From contig NIVC01000200.1 of NCBI GenBank assembly GCA_002269645.1, forward strand, positions 1 through 64,000: a DNA stretch of 64,000 bases, in the 5' to 3' direction. Origin of the DNA: Macrostomum lignano. Its lineage: Eukaryota. How positions within the stretch are numbered: the first letter of the stretch is position 1; each line of letters starts with the position of its first letter. A model generated the notes under the pieces. It saw nothing but the letters and a program-made list of their open reading frames with translations. It had not been told where the DNA came from and searched no databases. A program made the translations under genes and the position numbers. Below, piece by piece: positions 33,358-46,420 of this stretch.

Positions 33358-34678
33358 TCAAAAAGTCCTGTGGCTATCGGAAGAAGTCAGCTTTGGCTTC
33401 GAGTCTCCGATGCAGGGAAACAGAAACTGGTAAAAGCTTCTGGACAGACCGGCTATGAACAGCGAGTTCGTGAAGTACGGAATGTGGAACAGCATAGCCG
33501 CCAGTCGCTCAGAGACAACATCTGAAATTTGGTTGCTTTAACTTCAGCACGGAGAGTAAAAAGACGAAAAAAACAGAAAGGCTTACACAAGACGGGGTCC
33601 GCATAGCTGTCAATCCTCGTGCTGACCACCAGCAGCAGCCGGGAGAAGAAGAAACACAACAACAGCGTGACGTTCATTCCCAGCAGCCTGGCGGTGGCTC
33701 GTGCCTCCATGTTCACCGCGTCAGCTCCTTCATTGCCACTCATTGACAGCACAGCTCTCTTTCTTTTAGACTGAAACAGCACTATGATTATGATAGTGGC
33801 AGACAGCATGTTCAGAAAACATATGAAGAAGGCCACTACTAGCATGAAAATAAAACCGATGAACTGCAGCTGCTTAATAGTGTTAAAAGATTGAAAGGCC
33901 GGAACGCTGCATTTCCCATAGTAAACATGGATGCCGTATATCGTCGTGGAAAAAAACGTCATACTCCAGCCGTCTATAATCAGAGCGCCAAACACGACCG
34001 CCACAACCAGAGCAAGCAGCGAAGCCGCGAGAATCAAAATCAGGTCGAGTCTGTTCGTCAGGTGGACTTTGGCAACCAGCGGATACTTGATGCAGTAGCA
34101 GCGCAGTAGCGAGCTGATAGTCAGAGCGAACGGAGACAGGTACAGCGGGAAGTATAGGATGATGAAGAATACTCTGCACATTACCTTCTGGAGGAATCTG
34201 TGGTCTTTAGACCGTAGGCCCCACATCAGAAGCTGCAAATCATTACCGGGTCCAGAGAACAGGTATGGACTAGAGGTGTAAAAATCATCAGTGATCATTT
34301 CGTATGCGCGGTACAAGGTGCCCGCAATGTCCGCACTGACGACTAGCAGGAACCACTTTCTGGCGGACAGAGAGAAGCCGGTGCTTCCGCGAACCAGGAA
34401 AATGACGGTGAGGATCTGCAGCAGCAGGCCTGCTGGGAAGCCGATGGCTTTGGAAATCCCGATTCCAAATTTCATAAATGCTGTCCAATAGGTTTGAATA
34501 AGTTTAGAGTATCTTTCTGCCAAGTCTTCCTCAGTTTGAGAATAATTGTACCGCTTCTGCTGATACTCATAGTATCCTAAAATTTATTTTTAGGTGAAGG
34601 CAATTGTAGCAGAATGGGAATTTTTTAGTTAACAAAATACTCACCTTCTGGATCTCCAACGTATTTAAAAATGTTCAT
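33358..34678 (-). CDS. Rhodopsin-like 7TM GPCR paralogue 1; exons 34678-34645, 34576-33587, 33521-33358
   Basis: Multiple hydrophobic helices and the TM3-end motif SLLRCYCIKYP. GT-AG introns of 68 and 65 nt restore the frame. N-glycosylation sequon NYS in the N-terminus. Confidence 0.75.
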
Positions 34679-35719
34679 TCTTATCAATCAACCAACTTAG
34701 CGGGGCTATACAGCATTATTCTTTCTTGAATGAGATTGTCACTGGGTTACATTTCTGGTGTAAATCAACATTGCTTTATACGAATGGTTTAATAGCATTT
34801 TTCTGATTATGGAAAATTACTCAGGCTCAAAATGTTATCGTTTTTCTCGTGATGAAGATGGGTCTTCACCTTTGTCTTTTCTTTATGTCGTAATTCTTTA
34901 TCTTAAACCAAATGCGTTTTGTTGAAGCTGTAGGAAATCAAAATTTTCTATTTACCTAGAGGGCTTCGTGGCGAAAGCTTTTTAGCTTAGTTGACATCAA
35001 TTTAGGCAAGGGATTCAGTTCTGCAGTCTTTTCAGTCAGGACGCACTAAAAACATCTTATAATGTAATAAAGTAAAACTGTTGTCACTCATATGTAAAAA
35101 AAAATTTTTTACAGGAAAACCGCTAGCGTCACAAGGGCAGACCAGATCAGCGATTAACTACAGCCGCTACAAAGTACTTTAGCATTAACAGTTTCTCTTT
35201 TCTTAGAAAGCTACTGTACGTGAGGACATCGATTTCTGCAAAAGTTCATGAAGAAACTGAGCAATAAAACCGATTTGAGTACGACATACAGTACGTGTGT
35301 ACTTTACAGAGAAATTTACAGTTAGACTTATATGTACAGCACACAAATCATTGTATCCGGTGCATATACATGGAATATGTAACTATTGTTGAAAAGACAG
35401 TATACATGTATACATTCTTCTGTTAAAAAGACAGTTTTCTAATATCTTTGTAGTGTCTCCTGATTATGTGATCTACGAGTATGTGCTAATTCATTGTAAG
35501 ATGCGACCGGGAGATGCGACCGCAGCCTGTTCAGGAGTTCTGAATCGGTGCAAAATTCTCTAAGCCACCATATTCTAAACATCAATAGACGGCCGTCTAA
35601 AAAAGGCATCTAGTTCTGCTAGGAGTTTCACTGTCAGCACACTGCAACATTTACCAGATATTAGAATTACCAGAAATGTAATCAATATTGAATTCAAGTG
35701 ACAAACTACTTAGCAACAG

Positions 35720-36090
35720 CAACCCCCCCTCACTCACGCTGCCACACACGGCCCAAAACTTTAGCATGCCATCGATGATTAAGAAACGTGCGAAGGCTGC
35801 CGCTGCCTGACGCCAGCGCAAATGCAGCATGGGGTAATTGGGGGGGGGGGGGGCTTGGTGCAACGCAACCCGCAGGTCAAGGTCTACGGACATAAACTCC
35901 ATCGAGCATGTCTCTGGGACTTCGTAAAGCGAAGAGTTCAGCAGAGTGCCCCCTGAATGCTGCGAGTTAGCTGCGAGAGGTGCTTCTGAATGACTGGCAG
36001 CAGCTGCCCCAAGGGCTCATCAACCGGCTGCATGGTGATCAGGATGCCACGACGAGTGACGGCACTTTTGAATGTTCGTGGTTCCGAACA
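35720..36090 (+). pseudogene. Tc1-like transposase C-terminal remnant
   Basis: NSIEHV..DFVKRRVQQSAP..LREVLLNDWQQLPQGLINRL across frames. Confidence 0.6.
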
Positions 36091-37419
36091 TGCGTACAGA
36101 AACAAGCATCAACTTTTGTGCCACGTGACAGCGTCAGTTTTATGGTGAGTTGGCTGTTGCTAAGTGTACATGCATATGTGTATTTTCTGTTTTTTCAGTG
36201 GGATATACTGAATGATGCTTGCATAAGTTTTTTCGTATAAATAAGAAGCATTAAAAGCTGTAAATGTACACGTTATCTATACGTTTACTGTAGGAAAAAG
36301 ACGGATTTCAGACGTATGAGACGTCCGACGGCAAATAAAGTACGTATTAGCAATACCACGCCCTAAAGGTGATTAGCGGGGGAAAATGGTACAAATATCT
36401 TCTAGCTGGCCCGCGACACATTACTGGGGCTGCGGAGTTCTCGGTCCGGAGGATCGTCTGGGGCTGATCTCGGCTCGGTGATGTCTGAACGAAGGATGAC
36501 TTCATGTCGATGGGATAAACATTTGCGAATTCGGCTTGCAGGTGACGAAGATGAAGAAAACGCGAAAGAGGTCTGGTGGGGATCTCGACAAGCCAAACAA
36601 GGTTGTGCTAGGATGGGCGCCGAAAGTTCCGAACAATCTGTTTTTTATTTGAGGGGCCGGAGAGGTCTCTATTAAGACACCAGGTCACGTGAATATTGCA
36701 TGAAGCACGTAACGAGAGCCTTCTGACCTTGACCGGACCTTAAGCACAACTGCAAAGCAACCAACTTACCTCAACGCCAAGCCGTGCTCTGATTGGCTAA
36801 AAAGGGACGAGGTTGGCGGCTCGATAGATTTTAGGGTTATAGATTTTATAGATTTTAGGGCTCGATAGGGTTTTATTTGCGGAGTTATGGAAAAACTGCA
36901 TCAGTTGGGAGACAAAAATCATTAACAAAAACTCTGCCCTTCTCCGACCCGTTCTCGGGTTTTTCTTCTCTACTGCTTACTTAAATCTGAATGTACGAAT
37001 CGCTATGACCGATGTGGGTCGTGCAGGCGTCACAAAAAAGGCGGAAGCAAGAGGAGCCTTGTGAGAGAAAAAGGGCGCACGATAATAATTAGAAAACTCC
37101 TGGAGGGTGGGGTGGGGCACCCGGCCCCACCGGCTAAGCCGACGAAAACAGAAAACACACACTGGCCAGCCAATCAAAACCCCGTCTGAGGGGGGAGGGT
37201 GCAGCAGCCGCGCTAAAGCCCCCCCCTGCCGCAACCAACCAACGCAGAACACGGGACAGGGCGCACGGCTGGGAAGGGGCACGCACAAGCCCAGCGGCCG
37301 GCCAGACCATGCCACGCTAGCCAACCCCCCCCCCCAGCCAGCCCCTAAAGTGCAAAAAGATGAGGGCACATGTACTACAGCATCAAGCTCTTCCTGGTGC
37401 TAGCCACATGAGAGCGCTC

Positions 37420-38490
37420 GTAGAGAACTCCTTCAAGGCATCTGAAACCTGCCGGCTCAACCAGGCTGATCCGCCCAAAGCGCCAAAGCACCCATTGTCC
37501 TTCCCATCGGAGCCGTGGTCAAGACTGCGTGTCGACTTTGCTAGGCGAGTGAACTAACGCACTTTTCTAGTGCTTATCGACGCGCATACTCGTAGCAAGT
37601 GGCCCGAGTCGAAGCAGCTGACCAGCATGAGGTCGGCCAAGACAATCAGCTTTTTGCAAGCTTTTTTTGCGCGCCAGATGCCTGCCGCAGACTCTGGTGT
37701 CGGACAACGGAGCCCAGTTTGCGTCATCGGAATTCACCGAGTTCTTGATGAGCAACGGTGTTGAGCACGTGACTTTAGCGCTATTTCCAACCGGCGACAA
37801 AGGAACAAGCTAAACGGTTCGTGGGTGTTGAAACAGCACCTGAAGAAATCGGGACCACCCGAGAAAGCCTTGCAGCAGTTCTTGCTCACCTATCGCAACA
37901 CGCCACATTCAGCCACGGGCTCAGCCAGCTGCTCACATTCAGCCAGCTGCTCTTCGGGCGCCGATTTGATCCCGGCTTGATCTGCCAACGCCCTCACTCG
38001 TCAGCAACCGGCACCAGCAGCAGCAGGCAAGCCAGGACGTTCCAACTGGAAGACCGAGTTTTGTTGCGAGACTACAGCACTACAACTAGAAACCGTTGGC
38101 AAGAAGGCACCCTGTCGAATTTTCGGGCGGGGCCCTAAAAACTGCACTGTGAGAACAGACAGCCCTCTCATGCAGCGTCACACTGATCAACTACTGTCGC
38201 TGCCAGACCGCGGCACCGACACACCGCCGCGCCTGCCTGCCGCTGCCGCTGCCGCCACGCCCCCACCAACGGCCCAGCAGCAAGACGACTCTGACGATGA
38301 ACATTTGGCTGCCGGGGGCATCCCGGCACTAGAAGTAGATTCACCGGCCCCAGCGATATCCCCAGCACACCCGTGCACCACCTGAACGACTTTGACTCCA
38401 GCCTCCAGCCTCAGGGGAGATGTGATGGTCTGGGCTGTAGATCCCTCCACAGCCTGGTCAGGGTCAACTGCTCCCAGTGACTACGACACT
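37420..38490 (+). pseudogene. Gypsy integrase remnant with PPT (38413-38420) and probable LTR start TGTGATGG
   Basis: PWSRLRVDFA..LVLIDAH..SKWPE..LVSDNGAQF across frameshifts; AGGGGAGA directly followed by TGT. Confidence 0.65.
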
Positions 38491-39113
38491 GTCTTTTCCT
38501 GACTCACCGGAGTCACCCCCCTCTGAATAGTCGGACGCCCATGTTATGTAATGCACAATCGGTACTTATCTTTCGTGTTTCGTGCCACAGTTTGCCTGGC
38601 AAATGTGGGAGGAGCCCACAAATATGAGCGTATATAGTAAAACCGGACCCCCATAATATGGATACATCTCTGTCTGTCTGCCTCTCGGAAGCCAGTTTCC
38701 AGTGCATAATCAAAGACTTCGTTTCAAGTCATTGCATTTTCTACGATAATTTTTCTTAAGAGCCAACTCTAAATTAGTGTCTAAAATGAACACGGAGACA
38801 AATGAGAACAGACTTGCACCGTCCATAGGTGCCTGCATGCTTGAGTTTGATTGCCTGTTAATTGAACTTTTAACCATGAAGTTGTTGCGTGCATGTACAT
38901 CTACGTTTATGCTCACATTTTTCATCCATGTTTGCTAAAAAACATTAAATGTTAATTGCCTGCTTAATTAATAATGAGAATGTCAGTCGGTAATATTTTA
39001 TTTAGGCAGATATTCTGTAAGCCCACAAAAAGGTCAATCTATTCTGCTCTACTTCACAACTAAGAGTTAATCCACTACCACTGAGTTCTTACATTCGAAA
39101 TATGTTGATTCAA

Positions 39114-40449
39114 TCAAAAAGTCCTCTGACTATCCGAGGAAGTCAGCTTCGGCTTCGAGTCTCCGATGCAGGGAAACAGAAACTGGTAAAAGCTTCTGGA
39201 CAGACCGGCTATGAACAGCGAGTTCGTGAAGTACGGAATGTGGAACAGCACAGCCGCCAGTCGATCAGAGACCACATCTGGAAAAAGGTTTATTTCAAAC
39301 GAATTAAAAAGAGTAGTGCTAGATAAAACAAAACAGCAGAAGTCTACAAACACACAAGTAATCGGATCCACATAATTGTCAATCCTCGTGCTGACCACCA
39401 GCAGCAGCCGGGAGAAGAAGAAACACAACAACAGCGTGACGTTCATCCCCAGCAGCCTGGCGGTGGCTCGAGCCTCCATGTTCACTGCGTCAGCTCCTTC
39501 ATTGCCACTCATTGACAGCACAGCTCTATTCCTCTTAGACTGAAACAGCACTATGATTATGATAGTGGCAGACAGCATGTTCAGAAAACATATGAAGAAG
39601 GCCACTACTAGCATGAAAACAAAGCCAATGAACTGCAGTTCCTTATCAGTGTTAATAACCTGAAAGGCTGGAACGCTGCATTTCCCATAGTAAACATGGA
39701 TGCCGTATATCGTCGTGGAAAACAACGTCAAACTCCAGCCGTCTATAATCAGAGCGCCAAACACGACCGCCACAACCAGAGCAAGCAGCGAAGCCGCGAG
39801 AATCAAAATCAGGTCGAGTCTCTTGGTCAGATGGGCCTTGGCAACCAGCGGATACTTGATGCAGTAGCAGCGCAGTAGCGAGCTGATGGTAAGAGCGAAC
39901 GGAGACAGGTACAGCGGGAAGTAGAGAATAATGAAGAATACTCTGCACATCACATTCTGGAGGAATCTGTGGTCTTTAGACCGTAGACCCCACATCAGAA
40001 ACTGCAGATCGTTTCCGGGTCCATAACTAGCGTAGGGATTGGAATTAAAAAAATCATCAGTGATCATTTCGTATGCGCGGTACAAGGTGCCCGCAATGTC
40101 CGCACTGACGACTAGCAGAAACCACTTCCTGGCGGACAGAGAGAAGCCGGTGTTTCCGCGAACCAGGAAAATGACGGTGAGGATCTGCAGCAGCAGGCCT
40201 GCTGGGAAGCCGATGGCCTTGGAAATCCCGATTCCAAATTTCATAAAGGCGTTCCAGTATGACTGAACAAGTAAATTGTATCTTTTTGTTAAAATTTCTT
40301 CAGAAAGGGTTCGGTTGAAGATTTGCTGCAGATGGGTCCTGTGACCTACAATAATAAAAATGAAACTGTGTTAAACTAACTGCATGTAATTCAATAAGCT
40401 TTGAAAAATACTCACCCAAAGGATCTCCAACGTATTTAAAAGTATTCAT
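39114..40449 (-). CDS. Rhodopsin-like 7TM GPCR paralogue 2; exons 40449-40416, 40345-39356, 39277-39114
   Basis: Close paralogue of copy 1 with the same intron positions (70 and 78 nt). N-terminal NRT sequon. Confidence 0.75.
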
Positions 40450-40877
40450 TTCTGTTAACTAGTAAAGGGGTCTTTAGCTTATGTCTTCACGTTACGGCTC
40501 CCGTGTTTACACTGTTTTATACACATTTTAGTGATTTTGTATGTTTCTCAAAAAGCCTCATTGTTTATCTTGTTAGCGATTGATTTCATTGAGTAAGAAA
40601 TCGTATTAGTGACGCTGCCATGCTTTTGTGCTCTGCTGCTTTGGTTAACTTTACGGGTTCTTCCGCTGTTAACGGGTTTCTGTACAATAGCATGGCTGAT
40701 GCACTTATGTTGCGACTTTTGGATACTGACGCACCATAAATTTTTATAAAGGTGCAGTTTATTTACCACCCTGAATTCTATGCTGGTGACGCATAGTAAA
40801 TTTTATGGTACCTTGAATGTTTTTATTACGGTATACGAGTATATACGAGTAGCTGAGCACTTAAATGACCCAAACAT

Positions 40878-41010
40878 TAGAGCGGAACGTATAGTTTAGC
40901 AGTGATTAGAGCGGAACCTATGATTAGAGCGGAACCTATGATTAGAGCGGAACCTATAATTAGAGCGGAACCTATGATTAGAGCGGAACCTAATGATTAG
41001 AACGGAACTT
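40878..41010 (+). repeat. 18-bp minisatellite TTAGAGCGGAACCTATGA
   Basis: About 6-7 tandem units. Confidence 0.9.
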
Positions 41011-41040
41011 TGATAAGGTTGGGGTGGAAACTATGATTAA

Positions 41041-43383
41041 CAGTAGAACTACCAAGGGGGGGGGGGAAAATTTCCCCCCCCCGACAATTTTTTTTGCTGC
41101 GCCGGAACGGAGCAACGCAGACACACAAAATTCAAGAACACGGGCTAACTTTTTGTTGCGCACCTTCTCAAACAAGAATCAAGTCGCCAGCCCTCCGGAC
41201 CGTCGAGATATTCGACGATTCTGCCAGAAGGTCGGATTTTTCCCATAAGCGCTAGTGTATTCAGTACACCCCTGTGCGCCAATCAGCACTGCGCCTCAGC
41301 GCAGCCTTGCAATGCCTCCAAATTTCATCAGCACGTTGACCACATGTGTCTGCATCAGCTCTGACTTCGTTGGTCACTAGCCTTCACCCAGGCGGAGCTT
41401 CTGGACCTTCAACAGGTGGCACCAAGTGACTATGGACACTCTGATACGAATTTCTCGAGTTTCGCTGATCAAGCCTCGACAGTGGGCATACCTCAACTGC
41501 TAGGTATCCTCAGCTAGTCTCTCGAGCCTTCCATCATCACCCCGACGCCGTCGGCACCTTCAACGGATTACACCAGGTGACTATGAACACCCTGATGCAA
41601 ATTTCTCTAGTTTCGCTGATCAAGCCTTGCCAATGGGCAAGCCTCAACCGCGGAACATCTTCAGCTAGTCTCTCAAGCATTCAGTCATCACCCCGACGCC
41701 GTCGGCTCCTTCAACAGATTACAACAGGTGACTATGAACATCCTATTGCAAATATGTCAGGTTTTTCTGATCAAGCTTCAATATTGGGCAAACCTCAACT
41801 GCTGGACATCCTCAGCTAGTCAGTCAAGCATTCAGCCAGCACCCCGACGCCGTCGGCACCTTCAACAGGTGGCACCAGGGGAGTAATGACACCTGAGCGT
41901 GATTTTTCATCATGCTCTTAACATTTCTGAAGCTCTCAAAATTTTTCAAGCACGGAAATTGCTATAGTTATGCTTGAACTTATGTTGCTGTATATTTATA
42001 GTATTATTACACATACTTTTATGCATACGAGCTACATACATATTTTATTCGAAAAGCTGTTTAGTTTATTCAGCTATAATATTGAACCCAATTTTTATGC
42101 AGAAAGGGTTATGCTTTTAAAAAGCCAGTAAATTCAGTCGGTTTTTTCATTTTTTAATGATTCAGAAATGTTAAGAGCATGATGAAAAATCACGCTCACG
42201 TGTCCTTACTCCCCTGGTGCCACCTGTTGAAGGTGCCGACGGCGTCGGGGTGATGACGGAATGCTTGACTGACTAGCTGAGGATGTCCAGCAGTTGATTT
42301 TTGCCCACTATCGAGGCTTGATCAGCGAAATTAGAGAAATTATTATCAGGCTGTCCATAGTCAGCTGGTGTAATATGTTGAAGGAGCCGACGACGTCGGG
42401 ATGATGACGGAATGCTTGAGAGACTAGCTGAGGATGTCCAGCAGTTGAGGCTTGCCTACTGTCGAGGCTTGATCGGTGAAACTCGAGAAGTTCGCATCAA
42501 GGTGTTCATAGTCGCCTGGTGTCATCTGTTGAAGGTGCCGACGGCGTCCGAGTGATGACTGAATGCTAGAGAGATTAGCTGAGGGTGTCCAGAAGTTGAG
42601 GCTTGCTCACTGTCGAGGCTTGATCAGCGAAACTAGAGAAATTTGCATCAGGGTGTTCATAGTCGCCTGGTGTCATCTGTTGAAGGTGCCGACGGCGTCG
42701 GGGTGATGACTGAATGCTTGAGAGACTAGCTGAAGATGTTCCGCGGTTGAGGCTTGCCCATTGGCAAGGCTTGATCAGCGAAACTAGAGAAATTTGCATC
42801 AGGGTGTTCATAGTCACCTGGTGTAATCCGTTGAAGGTGCCGACGGCGTCGGGTGATGATGGAAGGCTCGAGAGACTAGCTGAGGATACCTAGCAGTTGA
42901 GGTATGCCCACTGTCGAGGCTTGATCAGCGAAACTCGAGAAATTCGTATCAGAGTGTCCATAGTCACTTGGTGCCACCTGTTGAAGGTCCAGAAGCTCCG
43001 CCTGGGTGAAGGCTAGTGACCAACGAAGTCAGAGCTGATGCAGACACATGTGGTCAACGTGCTGATGAAATTTGGAGGCATTGCAAGGCTGCGCTGAGGC
43101 GCAGTGCTGATTGGCGCACAGGGGTGTACTGAATACACTAGCGCTTATGGGAAAAATCCGACCTTCTGGCAGAATCGTCGAATATCTCGACGGTCCGGAG
43201 GGCTGGCGACTTGATTCTTGTTTGAGAAGGTGCGCAACAAAAAGTTAGCCCGTGTTCTTGAATTTTGTGTGTCTGCGTTGCTCCGTTCCGGCGCAGCAAA
43301 AAAAATTGTCGGGGGGGGGGGGGAAATTTTCCCCCCCCCCTTGGTAGTTCGACGGGCGGAAAAATGGCTTGGTATTCCTACTG
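41041..43383. mobile_element. TTAA-bounded foldback element with long inverted arms containing 151-bp tandem units
   Basis: TTAA at 41037-41040 and 43384-43387. Arms about 41041-41931 and about 42161-43383 (3 vs 5 units); about 230-bp AT-rich spacer. Confidence 0.85.
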
Positions 43384-44627
43384 TTAAAGCGGAATTCAAC
43401 GGCAACGAAAGAATTCATTAAAAGTCACGAGGACAATAACTACATTTGGAAAGAACGCAACGAGAAGTTGATAAATGAAAGTAACTTAAAAATATCACAC
43501 CCAAAGGAATGCTTAGCAGGGGCAAATGGTGCAAACATCTTATAGAAGACCCGTGACGCGTCACTGGGGCTGTGGAGTTCTCAGTTCGAGGATTTTATTG
43601 ATCCTTTTTTATTGATCTCAGCCGTAGGATGTCCAGACAAAAGATGACTTCTTGTCGTGTGATAATCAACGAAATTGGCTGACTCGGCTCGGAAGAACTT
43701 AAAAAGGAAACTCGACAGCTAAACAGGGAAGGGTGCCGAGGATTCCGAAAAATTGTGGGATTTATGTGCGGCGTCATGGACAAAGTAGCAGGTGAGAGTA
43801 TTGATAAAAATTTTGGGTTCCACAAAATTTAAAACAAACAACGAACTATTGGGTGTAGGTTAGGCAGATTTTTCGGGCTAGAAATCATTCAGAAAAGATC
43901 CAATATTGCGCCTGAAGAAACATCTAAAGATGGGTGGGTGACAGGGATGAGCTAGAGCTTTGCAGGCTTTTGAAAAAGATGGGCAGGCAAAAAGGCGCCA
44001 ATTCATCACCTATGCCATGGGAGTTGTCCCATAGACTACGTTGCATGACATTCGTGAGCGTGTAAGCCCTAAGTGTAGCCTTCAGTTAAGAAGCTCAAAT
44101 TAAGAAACTGGCTTAAGACTAAAAGAGCAAAGCTAGATGCAGGCAAAGTTTTAAGTCAAGCAAGAATGACGCAACCGCCATTTTGTTTATTCGACGAGCT
44201 AGTCTCGTTCTTTTACAACATAAAAACCTACGTAAGCGTATCATGCAACAAAACAAGCTGACCCTTATCCAAATCATAGCAGCTAAAATATAAAATAGCA
44301 GCTATTATACAAGTGCACTCATGTTGAGGACGCAAATGAATAACAGACATGTTGACTTCTAACGAAAGCCTGTATTTCCGATAGTAAAAAACAGAAGCCA
44401 TTGCATACGAGCGTATTGTCGAGAATTTTTGCCGCAAAGGCAAGAAGCTACGCCTAATCGGTTAAGCTCAAATAGAAACAATGAAAACTGTGAAAACTGT
44501 CAAATTCCCCCGGAACATCTGAGCTGAAAAGATGCCCTTAATCTGCATAAACGAGAATTCTCAAATGCAAGCAAGACCAAAATCTGTATAATTTAGGCGA
44601 TAATGGTTTGCTATAAGCGCCATAAGA

Positions 44628-45470
44628 ATGTCAGCTCTTAGCTTCAACGGAGATCCTGAGGGTTAGCAAGATTTAATTAGTCATTATTTGTACATCGAAA
44701 CTAGAAACTTGTACTAATAAAAATATTGCAATATTTCACAGGCTTGCGAACCTACTATAAAGTACAGTACAACTTCAGACTCAGACTTATTTTCCGAAAT
44801 ATTCTACAAAAACTGGTTCAGAACTATTGGACATTGCATGTGAATTTCGCAACCGGTATCTCCTGCGCTGTTGGTTTCCTGCTGGGCCTGCTATAATACA
44901 GGTTCCTACTGTCATTTTAATGGCTAGAGAAAACACCGGTTTCTCCCCGTCTGCTACGAAGTAGTTCCTGATTGTTGTCAGCTCTGAAAATCGCACATAC
45001 GAGATGATCACTCTGAACTTCAGCTTCGCGAACCCATTTGCTTCTAGTGGACCTGGTCGCGAACTTATGCATCTCATGTAGGGCCTGAGGAAGCTGAAGC
45101 ACAAACTCCTTCAAGATTTGATACGTCGCATCTTCTCCATAATCCTTTTCTTCCCATTGTACCAGTATCCGATAGATTTGACCATCAGCTCGATGATTCG
45201 CTGCTACTGCGTCAAATATCCGCTGGTTGCGAAGGCCAAACTGACGAAGCGACTCGGTCGGATTTTGATCTTCGTGGCCTCGATGCTGGTCTCGGCGATT
45301 ACAGTGGTAATTTGCGGTCTTGTTATTAAGGGATTATCAAATTCTCATATTATTATAATTTCGGAAGACAAATTAACTTTTAATATTGCAGTGTACCGGC
45401 TTTCTCTTAACACGAACCAAATTTTAATGAAGGCAGGCGTTTACTTTATGATTTTTGTCGCATTCTTCAT
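44628..45470 (+). pseudogene. Inverted GPCR paralogue 3, pseudogenised and 3'-truncated
   Basis: Same 34-nt exon 1 (MSALSFNGDPE-G|GT) and LTISSMIRCYCVKYPLVAK. Has a frameshift near 44878 and two W-to-TAG stops. Confidence 0.8.
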
Positions 45471-45494
45471 ACAACAAAAAATACATTTTCTGCC

Positions 45495-45630
45495 AGTCAA
45501 GCGTAAGACACAGGGCGCATTTCCGGGCCTGGGCGCGAAAGTAGGCTGCACCGCCGACAGTGTCCGGGGCGCCGGCATCAGCCAGCAGGCAGTCGACGAA
45601 ACGCCGAGTGCGCGCCTGACCTGTTAGTGG
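45495..45630 (-). mobile_element. 3' end fragment of an RTE-like LINE
   Basis: GQARTRRFVDCLLADAGAPD appears to continue the family seen at 150-575 (recalled). Confidence 0.45.
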
Positions 45631-45639
45631 CCTGGGATG

Positions 45640-46420
45640 CAGCACGATGTCGCTCAGTTTGTGCAGCGTTGTTTTGGATTCAATCAACTGCGCCCACGCG
45701 CTGGGCGTGAGAGAGATCACTTGGATATCCGTCAGTGTACTTATTACAACGTATTCACATGGATTGGGCCTTCATAAAAGACTCAAAAACATTCTAATAG
45801 TTTTAGACGCATTCCCAGGCTGGATAGAGGTCTTCACTAGTCGCGACTGAACAGCTGATTCTGTCATTCGGTGCCTCACAACCGTATTCACACGTTTCGG
45901 GGTTCAAGAGGTCGTCGTATCAGACAATGCGCTCGAGTTTACTAGAGAGTCGCCTACCTCATGGTTGTGCATCAATGGTGCACGCGAATTGGCATCACGG
46001 GCATACTACTCGCAAGCAAAAGGGGCAGCTGAAAGAATTTGCTCTGCTCTGCTTCCAAAATATTTTTTTGGAAAACGATTCCAGGTCCAGGTTGTGTCAC
46101 AATTTGAGCGTCATCTACACGCCAAACAGTTCTGCCGTCGGCAACCCAGCAACTTCTGTCATGACGGCCGGCCGCAATTAGCGTGAATTTTGACTGAAGA
46201 CAATTAACCTTCCTTTCCCCATCACGAACCAAATTACCCCACGAGCCTCCCAATCGCCAGAAGTTACGCCGGAAGGGGAAGAGCAACAGCACTCTCCTGT
46301 AACCAGGGAGGAGCCTGACACTGCTGAGGATCAACCCCGCTCCTGAGGTCGGGACCCGGAAGAGGATATGCTCTTGTGAAGAGGTAGTAGGAACCGGACC
46401 GCTCATTTTAGCCCTAAATT
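45640..46420 (+). pseudogene. Gypsy integrase core remnant
   Basis: RIHMDWAF..NILIVLDAFPGWIEVF..VFTRFGVQEVVVSDNALEF..KGAAERI. Confidence 0.7.
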
